From positions 4,278,001 to 4,342,000 of the forward strand of contig CAKKNE010000005.1 in the NCBI GenBank assembly GCA_918797485.1: 64,000 nt of DNA, read 5' to 3'. Positions 51,042-59,821 of the stretch are shown in pieces; the stretch's first letter is position 1; each line of letters starts with the position of its first letter. This DNA comes from Pelagomonas calceolata. Its lineage: Eukaryota. The translations under genes and the position numbers were made by a program. Under the pieces are notes generated by a model that was not told the origin of the DNA, ran no database searches, and saw only the letters and a program-made list of their open reading frames with translations.

Positions 51042-51063
51042 GCTAGCGGTGTAAGACACTAGC
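51042..51063 (-). promoter_or_regulatory. Recurrent upstream CTAG-flanked motif, copy 8
   Basis: Reverse complement GCTAGTGTCTTACACCGCTAGC, divergent intergenic. Confidence 0.7.
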
Positions 51064-51108
51064 AAAAATCTCGATCGACAGCAAAGAGCGTAAAAAGGCA
51101 GCCCGAGC

Positions 51109-51321
51109 ATGCCCCTCGGCGCCAAGGCAGCGGCGGCGGCCGAGCCCGTGGTCATCGTCCAGGCTTCCGGCTTCCACCTGGTGAGCTTCCTACTGGGCAT
51201 CCTCGCCGCCCTCGCGGCCGTCGCGTGCTACTCGATCCAGACGGACGCGGACCCGTACATGTTCGACGCGCCGCTCGGCGAATGTGTTAGAGACAGCGCG
51301 CACCGCAAGAAGAAAGCGTGA
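51109..51321 (+). CDS. 70-aa single-TM small protein; its stop overlaps the next ATG
   Basis: GC3-rich codons, TM FHLVSFLLGILAALAAVACY, C-terminal RKKKA. TGA 51319-51321 shares its A with ATG 51321-51323. Confidence 0.55.
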   Translation: MPLGAKAAAAAEPVVIVQASGFHLVSFLLGILAALAAVACYSIQTDADPYMFDAPLGECVRDSAHRKKKA

Positions 51322-52199
51322 TGGTCGGCTACGCCTGCTTCCTGGCGACGGGCTACTCGCTCAACAGCGCGACGATGGCCATCGCCAACAAGTGGGCCCT
51401 CACGAAGTTTCCCCACTCGGGTACTTTGACTTGTCTGCAATTTGGCTTTTCCGCGGGCATGGTGTTGTTGCTCAAGTGCTGTCGGGTCTTGGACGCGGAC
51501 GCTCTACAACTGACGAAAGTCAAACAGTTCGCGCCCGCGGTCGTCATGTTCTACATCTCGATAGCGTGCAACATGCGGTTGTTAGCTCGAGCTACTGTAG
51601 ACACTTTTATAGTGATTAGATCCGTCGCGCCGATCTTAACCCAAGTCGGCGAGGTGTTTTTGCTGGGCGCCGACTGGCCGAACCGCGACGCTTGGTTAGC
51701 CTTGTTAATAATAAGCATGGGCGCTCTCGGATTCGCGCACAATAACCTATCGCAAATGTCGGACCCGGTCGTGCTGTTCTGGGCGTCGACGTACTTGTTA
51801 TGCATCACGGCGGATATGTTGATCGTCAAGCGCGTCATCACGGCCATCAAGCTCAAGCCCTGGGGTTATGTTTATTACAACAACCTGCTGGCTTTATGTG
51901 TCTACCCATTTTGGTCGTTGCTGACGGGCGAGGAAATCGGACGGACGGACGGTTTGGATGATTCTACAGTGATGGTCGCCGTCGCGACGAGCTGCGTCCT
52001 GGGCCTGGGCATCTCGTTCTTCGGGCTGAACACGCGGCTGGCCCTGTCGGCGACGGCGTTCACGGTGCTCGGCGCGGCCTGCAAGTTCCTCTCGATATTC
52101 TTAAATATGGCGGTGTGGCACCATCACGCGCCGCATCCGGCGCTGCCCTGGCTGCTGCTGGCGCTGAGCGGGTCGCTGTTCTACCAGCGGGTGACCTAG
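51321..52199 (+). CDS. Nucleotide-sugar (GDP-mannose/GDP-fucose, GONST-like) transporter
   Basis: GYSLNSATMAIANKWALTKFP, VDTFIVIRSVAP, VYYNNLL, LSATAFTVLGAACKFLSI. Confidence 0.9.
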   Translation: MVGYACFLATGYSLNSATMAIANKWALTKFPHSGTLTCLQFGFSAGMVLLLKCCRVLDADALQLTKVKQFAPAVVMFYISIACNMRLLARATVDTFIVIRSVAPILTQVGEVFLLGADWPNRDAWLALLIISMGALGFAHNNLSQMSDPVVLFWASTYLLCITADMLIVKRVITAIKLKPWGYVYYNNLLALCVYPFWSLLTGEEIGRTDGLDDSTVMVAVATSCVLGLGISFFGLNTRLALSATAFTVLGAACKFLSIFLNMAVWHHHAPHPALPWLLLALSGSLFYQRVT

Positions 52200-52232
52200 G
52201 TGTTGCTCGCGGTGTGACTAATCGCATCTATC

Positions 52233-52688
52233 TTAGGCCTCTAGCGTTTCGCGGGCGCGGAGCACGGCTCGCGCCGTTCGCAAAGACCTCTCAATCCACA
52301 CTGTTTCCGGGTGCGCGCCGCCGAGCACGCGCCGCGCGATCCGTCCCGCGTCCTCGAGCGTCGTCACGGCCTCGCGGAGATCGTCGAGGGTGGCGCCGTC
52401 GGCTCTGCAGAGTGACTCCGCGTAAGCCCGCCTCATCCTGAGCGTCCTACTATCATTTTCTCCGAGGGCGCGTCGCGCCACGGGTGTCGTTCTGCGCAGC
52501 AGCGACCTCGCTTCTGCGTGGCGGTGTAGATCGAGTAGGGACGTCGCGTAGTTGTAGCCTGCATCAATGGTGTCTCCATGTTCATCGCCGAGGAGCTTCA
52601 ACCATCCGGAGTACACGTCTCGATACATATTTGACGCTTGTTCCCGACGTCCAACCTGTTCATACGTGATTGCAAGATTGCTTTGCAA
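52233..52688 (-). pseudogene. 5'-truncated TPR half of a MYND-RINGv-TPR family gene
   Basis: LQSNLAITYEQVG..RDVYSGWLKL..GATLDDLREAVTTLE..RRVLGGAHPET; begins abruptly at the junction with the opposite-strand copy. Confidence 0.8.
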
Positions 52689-52691
52689 GCC

Positions 52692-53771
52692 AGGTGCCAT
52701 ACGAGGTACTGTAACAAAACTTGCCAGCACGACCACTGGCGCCGCGGCCACAAGCAGATCTGCAAGAAGATACACCGCGGCGGCAACGCAGAACAATACT
52801 ACGCCGACAAAAAATACAAAGAGGCCGTCGCGGAGGCCGTCGAGAAGTGCGCGGACGACACGAAGGGCCAGACGTGCTTCATCTGCACGCAGGCCCTCCA
52901 CTGGAAGACAAAGGAGGGTCTCGTGCGCGGGTGCTCGTGCCGCGGGACGGCGGGTTTCGCGCACGTGTCGTGTTTGGCGGAGCAGGCGAAGATTTTGGTC
53001 GCGGAGGCTGAGGAGAACAATTTGGACTACAAGGTCCTGAATGAGAGGTATCAACGGTGGCACAGGTGCAGTCTGTGCGAGCAATACTACCACGGCGTCG
53101 TGGCGTGCGCGCTCGGGTGGGCGGCCTGGAAGACGTACGTGGGGCGGCCGGAAACAGATTCTCTTCGGTACACGGCGGTAAAACAGCTTGGGGGCGGTCT
53201 ATCCGAAGGAGGTCACTACGAGGCGGCGGCGTCCGTACAAGAGGCCGATTTGTCTAGGATGCGGCGCATTGGCGCACCAGAAGGACACTTACTCCTCGCG
53301 CAGACCAATCTTGCAGTTATGTATGGAGAGCTAGGAGACCTTGAGAGGGCCCTAAGCATGGAGCAAGATGTATACTCTGGATGGCTGAAGCTCAATGGTA
53401 TACAACACATCAATACCCTCCGAGCGGCAATAAACTACGCGTCGTCCCTTGTTGCTCTCCAGCGCTTTGAAGAGGCAAAATTACTGATGCGCAAAAGCCT
53501 GCCCGTGGCGCGACGCGCCCTCGGAGAGAGTGATGAAATCACGCTCAAGATGAGGTGGATGTACGCGCTGGCGCTCTACAGAGACTCCGGCGCCACGTTC
53601 GACGACCTCCGCGAGGCCGTTGAGACGCTCGAGGAGACGGAACGGACCGCGCGACGCGTCTTGGGAGGCGCGCATCCGAGCGTCGCGGGGATTGAACGTT
53701 CCTTGCGAAGCGCGCAAGCGGTGCTCCGCGCCCGCGAAGAAGGAAAAACAGTGGTCATAACTTACAAGTAA
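52692..53771 (+). pseudogene. MYND-RINGv-TPR gene lacking its first ~20 codons (no ATG, first MYND cysteines missing)
   Basis: Starts at RCHTRYCNKTCQHDHW. CFIC..CSC..H..C..W..CSLC intact; TPRs run to the stop at 53771. Confidence 0.75.
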
Positions 53772-53837
53772 ACCCTACAAGTAAATCCTTCGGGGGACAG
53801 AATACCCCTAAAAAGACCAGCTACTATGTACCAACCC

Positions 53838-56234
53838 TTAGTCCAGCTCGATGACCCCCCGCGCCTTGATGAGCGCGCGCGTGTTCGCGTAGTGCCGCTC
53901 GACGGCTTCCCGCGCCTCGCCGGCCTCCATCGTCTCGACGTGCTCCGTGATCAGCGCCACGAGGCCCGCGATGTACTTGGGCGTGATCAATGGATTTCCC
54001 GCTTCTAAGTGAGCCAGGTAGTGGTCCAGGATCTCGACGAACAAAGAAATGGGCGGCTGCGCGCTCGTCATGCAGGCGTCGGCCGTCTTGAGGGACCGCT
54101 GGAGGCACTCGAGGACGCGCTTGGGGTCGCGCTTGCGGCCCTCCTTTTTCGGCGCGGGCGGCGGCGGCGGCGCGTCCTCGACCGTCGCCGCGTCGTCGTC
54201 CTCAGCGGCAGGGGCGGGCGGCGGCGCCTCGACCGCCTCGACGCGTTGTGGAGGCCAGAACAGATGCGAGCACGCCGCGACCATCCGACACTGGTCCGGC
54301 TTCCGAAACAGCTTCGCCGCGTATTGAGTAGCTTTCGCAGCTAAGGCGTCGTAGTCCGCGGCGTCGCAGTTCTCCGCCGCGAGGAGCGTCCCGACCATGC
54401 TCCTTAAGGCTTTGACTTGCGCTTTGGAGTCTGGCAACTCGTCCTCGTACAAGATGAACGCTTGGGAGACAAATTCATAAGAGATCGCGCCTAGGCATTG
54501 GGCGTCGGCCTCCAAGGCTGCTGCTAAGAAAACACGTAGAGCGCGAGCGGGCGCCACGCCAGCCAGCGCCGTCGCCGTCTCGTGGACGAACTGGAAGACC
54601 TTCCTTGCCGAAAACTCGGGCCCGTTCGCCACCCTTGCTAATTCTAAACCTCGGTACGCTAATGCTGGTAGTGTATAAGCTGTCCTTCGCGACCCGCCCT
54701 TGCCCAATGCTCTCCTCAGCGTGCCCAGCACCCGGAACACATCATCCGTCGATTCTGAACGACACAGATGAGCTAACGATGCTACAGAAGTTTGCTCCTT
54801 CTCCAGGGCTTCGTCATTCATACTAGAGTCGTCGCCACATAATAAAGGTTCGAGGATCGCGCAGAGCTTGACGACGGCTTCTGGTGAGTCCAACGCGTCG
54901 TCACCATCCAACACTCGACGCAAACACCTCCTGGCAACATTCTTCCTTTGTTCAATAGGTAATCGCCTCGTCAACGGCGCAATATCATCTAATGTCAGTA
55001 AAGACGCGAGGGTCATCTGTTGTGACGAGACCGGTGCCAACAGCAACGTTTCCAACTCCATGGCGTCGTCGCCAACGACATCATTCATAATAGCGGCCGA
55101 CGTCTGAGCTAGGCACCTTTGGACGTACTCGAGCTCGCCGGGATAGCACTCGACGGCGAACTCTAGGAGAGCCGCTCGCAGTTGGATCAAATCCGCTACT
55201 TTCAGAGCCTCCTTCTTCTCCTCTACTAAGCGAGACGCACACGCGTCAAAGGCGTCGAACGCCCCGGGCGGCCCGAGCACCTCACTATCCTCTTGCCGAG
55301 CACCATTAGCTAATCTACGCATCATCGCCTCCAGTATGGATCGGACGCAGACCTTATCTCTCAATTGCGTGCAGCACGTCAAAAAACTATCGAGTGTCGC
55401 GAGGTGGAACTCGTCCGGAAAAACGTTAATGATGCAATCCAACAGATAAGGCTGCGCGATGGCGTCCCGGCAGTTCACGACTTGTTCTAACAGTGGTGGT
55501 AACACATCGGAGGCGTATCTACTCTCATCAACACCTTCTAGCTGACTTAATCGTACTAGATTCGTCCCGACCAATATCTTGAGCTGTTTGCGCTCTTCCT
55601 CCCTCCTCTTCTTCTGAGACGCGGGGCCCTGGTTCTGCATCCTCACCCACAACCTATTAGTCTCGCCGAAGTTGCGCAAAATAAAGTCGACCGCATGACT
55701 AACATCCCCGCCGTCTCCTTCAAATTTCGAACCCGTATCCGGTAGGGCGTCCTTACAAGCTTGCGCGAGATAATGCCTCAGGAACAGCCCGCGCATGGGG
55801 TGCTGCACGCCCTTGGCCATCTCCACTAAGTCGTGGAGTATGTCCCTAGCCGGCGCTTGCATGGTTTTCACGTATACCGCTCCTGCCGTGATGAGTAGGT
55901 ACAATCTCGGTAACACGTCGCCGCAGGCCTGGGCGCGCTCGTAGATATCGGCCGCGGGTGTCCCGTCCGCTACTAACTGCTGGAAGAACTGGTCGAGGTG
56001 TCGTAGTTCGTCGCACACTTTCATGTAGAGCTCGTAGTAGTTCCTCGGTGTGAGTAGAGAAGTTCGTAGTTCTCGAAGCATGTCGGACGAATGCCTTAAT
56101 GCGCCAGGTAAGTCTCGCGCGCCACACGCCTTCTTCGCGTAGAAGCCCTGCTCTTGCACGCGGCGCGAGGCCTCGGCCAAGTATCTAGGTTGCTGCTCGA
56201 CGGAGGGCGCGCCGTTGCTTTGGCGCAGGGCCAT
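53838..56234 (-). CDS. VPS35: Vacuolar protein sorting 35 (retromer)
   Basis: MLRELRTSLLTPRNYYELYM, PRLYLL, GVQHPMRGLFLRHYL, LVGTNLVRLSQL, RVLECLQRSL. Confidence 0.97.
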   Translation of the reverse strand: MALRQSNGAPSVEQQPRYLAEASRRVQEQGFYAKKACGARDLPGALRHSSDMLRELRTSLLTPRNYYELYMKVCDELRHLDQFFQQLVADGTPAADIYERAQACGDVLPRLYLLITAGAVYVKTMQAPARDILHDLVEMAKGVQHPMRGLFLRHYLAQACKDALPDTGSKFEGDGGDVSHAVDFILRNFGETNRLWVRMQNQGPASQKKRREEERKQLKILVGTNLVRLSQLEGVDESRYASDVLPPLLEQVVNCRDAIAQPYLLDCIINVFPDEFHLATLDSFLTCCTQLRDKVCVRSILEAMMRRLANGARQEDSEVLGPPGAFDAFDACASRLVEEKKEALKVADLIQLRAALLEFAVECYPGELEYVQRCLAQTSAAIMNDVVGDDAMELETLLLAPVSSQQMTLASLLTLDDIAPLTRRLPIEQRKNVARRCLRRVLDGDDALDSPEAVVKLCAILEPLLCGDDSSMNDEALEKEQTSVASLAHLCRSESTDDVFRVLGTLRRALGKGGSRRTAYTLPALAYRGLELARVANGPEFSARKVFQFVHETATALAGVAPARALRVFLAAALEADAQCLGAISYEFVSQAFILYEDELPDSKAQVKALRSMVGTLLAAENCDAADYDALAAKATQYAAKLFRKPDQCRMVAACSHLFWPPQRVEAVEAPPPAPAAEDDDAATVEDAPPPPPAPKKEGRKRDPKRVLECLQRSLKTADACMTSAQPPISLFVEILDHYLAHLEAGNPLITPKYIAGLVALITEHVETMEAGEAREAVERHYANTRALIKARGVIELD

Positions 56235-56453
56235 GGTGTTTTTTTTTTATATGTTCGCGTCGGCGCCTGAAACTCTCCTGACCTCCGCCGCTCTCTGGTC
56301 ACGTGCTGTTTCACGACGCCGCGACGTCGCCAGCCGTTTCTACGAAACGAAGCTGTCGCTGCGTAGCTATGAGAGCTATAAGTAACGATGCCAGCACTCC
56401 AGCGCGCAGCGCGTCTCGTGGTGCCCACAGCTTTGGCAAGAGACTGCTTTTGG

Positions 56454-56477
56454 CCTAGAGTGTGTCGATACGCTAGC
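56454..56477 (+). promoter_or_regulatory. Degenerate copy of the CTAG-flanked motif
   Basis: CCTAGAGTGTGTCGATACGCTAGC in a divergent intergenic region. Confidence 0.35.
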
Positions 56478-56725
56478 CCGGTTTGCGTTTCGTGCGATGC
56501 ATCCGTCATAGCACGACGTTTTTTACCCTCCAGACGGCTCCTGCTGCGGTGCGGCTCTCTTGCTTTCTGCAGCATCCAGGCTGATGACAGGGACAATCAG
56601 CCTCTGCGCGGAGCCGCTGGGCATTCATTTGTAAATCGGAAGCGCTGGACAGCACCTTTGCATAGCGTGCGCCTGAGCAGGCGCGTTGCAACCAGCTATT
56701 ACAAGCGACAGGACCCAGTTTTGCA

Positions 56726-58447
56726 ATGAGGCTTGCATCGCTGTGCGTACTTGTCGCGCAGGCCGCAGCGCTGTCCGCGCCGCGCCCGCGCGTCGCCGTG
56801 GTAGGGCCGGCCGGCGACACGGTGGCCGACGCCGTCGCCGTCCGTTTAAATGATGCGGACGTGACGCGCTGTACGGACGGTAGCGCGGGCTACGTCGACG
56901 CGGCGGTGGTCTGCGCCGACGGCGGCGAGGAGAAGCTGAGTGCACTCGCGGAGCGCTGCGCGGGCGCGCGGGCGATTGTGCTAGTGGCGCCGGCCGGCGC
57001 CGCGGACGAGGACGACGGCTTTTCGTTGCCAAACCCTTTGAAGCTGTTGGACGGCGCCGCCGAGACGAATGATGTTGATGAAGTGGCGGAAAGATGTCGC
57101 AATGGCGGTGCAAGAGTCGCCGTCGTGCGGCACGGCCCCCTGTTCGGCGCCGGCGCGCGCGATGCCGACGTTGTGGCTTTCAGTCAGGGGTTAAGAAGAG
57201 CCCCAACTTTAGTTGATGATTTCGGTCGAAGAGGCGCTAGAGTAGTAAGCGTCCAGCAGAACGAGGACAAGCAGGACCAGTTCCTCTCGACTGGTACTTG
57301 GTTAGGATTAGGTGACATGGACGCGGCACGGTCCGACGTCCAAGCGCGGGAAGGCAAGGCCGAGCCCCAGACGCCGGCGCGGCGAGGCGCCGTGGCGGAC
57401 GCGGCCGCCGCGACGATCCGAAGGTTCCAGGACCTGCCTGGCACGGTCGAATTCGAAGTACGGAGCGGCTCGGGCTCAACGTCGCCATCTCCCGAGGAGT
57501 GGGACGCCATGGTCCTGGCCGTGTGTCGCGAGAGGTCTTCTCCGGAGGCGATGGCCAAGCAACTACTCTCCACAAAAATCTGGGACCCGGCGCAGCTCGG
57601 TGATTGGTTGCGAACCGAGTGGGGCCCGAAGGCGCTCATGTCGGTGGACGCGACGCTAGCTATCCGAGGCGCGCGGCCCGTGGCCTTCGAGGCGCCCTCC
57701 GTCCAAGCGGAGGCTTCGGGGCAGTTGGGTGCCTTGCGGTGGGAGACGCTGGAAGACGACGGCATCAAAATCGCGGGGCGGCTGACCTTCACGCTATCGG
57801 ATAACGTGCTGCGCGCGACGCGGGACGGCGGGCGGGAATTGAGTGGAGAGGCCGAGCTCGTGGACAACTTGATCGACGCCGTCGACGACTTTGGGAGAAG
57901 TAGATGTGCTGATGTTCAAGTGAAGGCCATGGAAGAAATGGCGCCCGAGGTCTTCGCGGCGCAGGAGGCGGCGCTTGTTGAGGAGGCCGCGCCCGCGCCC
58001 GTTGTCGAGGCGCCTGCGCCCGCGCCTGCGCCCGCCGCCGCGGCGCCTGTTGCCGCGGCGCCCGCCGAGGTGGCGCCGGCGGCGCCGAAGAAGCGGCGGC
58101 GCGCCGTCGCGAAGAAGACGGGCGCCGCGCCTTCGGCCGCCGCGCCCGCGCCCGCGGCTCCTCCGGCGGCCGCGCCGGCTCCTGTTCCGGCTCCGGCTCC
58201 GGCTCCTGCGCCTGCGCCCGCTGCCGTAGCTCCGGCGGCTCCGGCGCCGGCGCCCGCCCCGGCACCGCCGGCCGTCGAGGCCGCCCCGGCCGAGGTCAAG
58301 GCTGCAGTCGACGCCGCGGCGGCGGCCGCCCAGGCGAAGGCAGCGGCTGCTGCGCCGGCGCCGCCGCCCGCCGGCGCGGCGAAGAAGAAGAAGAGGCGGT
58401 CCGCAGTGAAATCGCGCACGAAGAAGAAGGGTGGCGCTAGTCCGTAG
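56726..58447 (+). CDS. Probably plastid-targeted protein with degenerate Rossmann-like fold and Pro/Ala-rich, basic C-terminal tail
   Basis: Signal MRLASLCVLVAQAAA-L; RVAVVGPAG, VAVVRHGPLFG, RGAVADAA; APAP repeats with KKRRR and KKKKRRS. Confidence 0.6.
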   Translation: MRLASLCVLVAQAAALSAPRPRVAVVGPAGDTVADAVAVRLNDADVTRCTDGSAGYVDAAVVCADGGEEKLSALAERCAGARAIVLVAPAGAADEDDGFSLPNPLKLLDGAAETNDVDEVAERCRNGGARVAVVRHGPLFGAGARDADVVAFSQGLRRAPTLVDDFGRRGARVVSVQQNEDKQDQFLSTGTWLGLGDMDAARSDVQAREGKAEPQTPARRGAVADAAAATIRRFQDLPGTVEFEVRSGSGSTSPSPEEWDAMVLAVCRERSSPEAMAKQLLSTKIWDPAQLGDWLRTEWGPKALMSVDATLAIRGARPVAFEAPSVQAEASGQLGALRWETLEDDGIKIAGRLTFTLSDNVLRATRDGGRELSGEAELVDNLIDAVDDFGRSRCADVQVKAMEEMAPEVFAAQEAALVEEAAPAPVVEAPAPAPAPAAAAPVAAAPAEVAPAAPKKRRRAVAKKTGAAPSAAAPAPAAPPAAAPAPVPAPAPAPAPAPAAVAPAAPAPAPAPAPPAVEAAPAEVKAAVDAAAAAAQAKAAAAAPAPPPAGAAKKKKRRSAVKSRTKKKGGASP

Positions 58448-58718
58448 GTGCTAAAAACTAGTCTCGACTCGGAAACCACCACCTGCGCCTCCGAGCCCAC
58501 AGTGCCAACACCCGGGGCGACGGCGTATGAGGCGTACGGCCTCGCGTCGGCTCCGCGGCTAGGTGGGAAAATCACTGGCAAGGCAACCGTGGCAGGTACT
58601 AGTAAACATAGCCCGAGCGACGGCCCGGTAACGGGGGAGCAATATCTCGCGGTGCTGTGAACGAGACATCCCCAACTAAGAGAGAGCAATAAACCCGCCA
58701 AGAAGTTACACACGGCGC

Positions 58719-59222
58719 CTACTTCTTGGGCGCGTCCGCCGGCGGCTCGGCCGGCTTCGCGCCGAGGAACGGCGTCGTCTCGCCCATCGGTAAACCGGAC
58801 AGGGCCGAGTAGAGGCCCGGGTACGTCTTCGCGTAGGTCTCGAAGTTGCCCGCCGGCGCGAGGTCCTTGCGCGCGACCGGCGACTTCTTCTCGAGGCGCA
58901 GGCGCTTCTCGGGGTACAGCGTGTTCCAGTTCGTCTTGGGGGCGAACTTGGCCGTCGACGTTTCCAAATCTTCCCAGGGCATGTTCGTGTACGAGTACTT
59001 GAGCTGGGTCGTGGACGACTCGTCCGCGGCCTCCTTGCGCGCGACGGGCTCCGTGCGCCGGATCGAGTCGCCGGCGGCCGCGAAGGCGGGTACACTGGAT
59101 AGCGTCATGGCGGCACCTAAAGCTGCGGCGCCGGCGGCCTTGGCCGCGACCTTGCCCGCGACCTGCGGCTGGTTCGGCGCGAGCGCCGCCGCGCCCATCG
59201 CGAGCGCGAGCACGACCTTCAT
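58719..59222 (-). CDS. Small plastid (probably thylakoid-lumen) protein of unknown function
   Basis: Signal MKVVLALAMGAAA-L, then a second hydrophobic stretch ending VPAFA (AxA cleavage site). Strongly biased codons. Confidence 0.65.
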   Translation of the reverse strand: MKVVLALAMGAAALAPNQPQVAGKVAAKAAGAAALGAAMTLSSVPAFAAAGDSIRRTEPVARKEAADESSTTQLKYSYTNMPWEDLETSTAKFAPKTNWNTLYPEKRLRLEKKSPVARKDLAPAGNFETYAKTYPGLYSALSGLPMGETTPFLGAKPAEPPADAPKK

Positions 59223-59821
59223 CCTGTGCTGCCTGCGCGGTTTTTTATTGTGAATTGGCTGCGCGGCCAGCGCTGTCGACGGCTTCGGCGTAGCGTCACC
59301 GCTGGCGGCCTCGTTCCCGCGCTCTGCGCCTCCTGCTGGAGCAGCCCAGAGAACTGGGCTCCAGCTCGGCGTGTAGCGATGCACCACAGATTTCGGCTCG
59401 CTGCGGCAGAGATGGGATAGTACAGAAGTCCCCCGACAGTCGAACTAGTCAATTAATGCTCCGTAGCGCACGTATAGGCCACTCTTGCGCCAAGTTGGCT
59501 CAAGATCACGCATAAATTGGTACGGGTACGGTGCGATCGACGTTATTTCTCCTCCGCCCGTCCCAGAGCGCTGCTCCGAACACCAACCGACGCGTCGACG
59601 GGTGATCTAAATTTGAAGCTAGAGCAGAGCCCCTCTAGAGCCACAAACTTGGTTTTGCGGCCGCCGGCGTTCTAATCGCGGCTAGCAGGCACCACACGGT
59701 GCCAGGGACGTCTCCGAGATAGCATCGGACCCCTGAAGCCCGCCGCCAGCCCACAAGCGCCGCCCGACACGCGAAATCACCGAGAGAGAGCAGACAGAGC
59801 CAGAGCGCGGCAGAGATTAAC

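Noticed and set aside
58448..58718. Possible structured ncRNA or riboswitch between convergent genes
   Set aside because: No TPP, SECIS, snRNA or tRNA signature recognised; best explained as 3' UTR.
59424..59436. GAAGTCCCC resembles RNase MRP conserved region I
   Set aside because: No matching CR-V (GGGGCT) on the same strand downstream.
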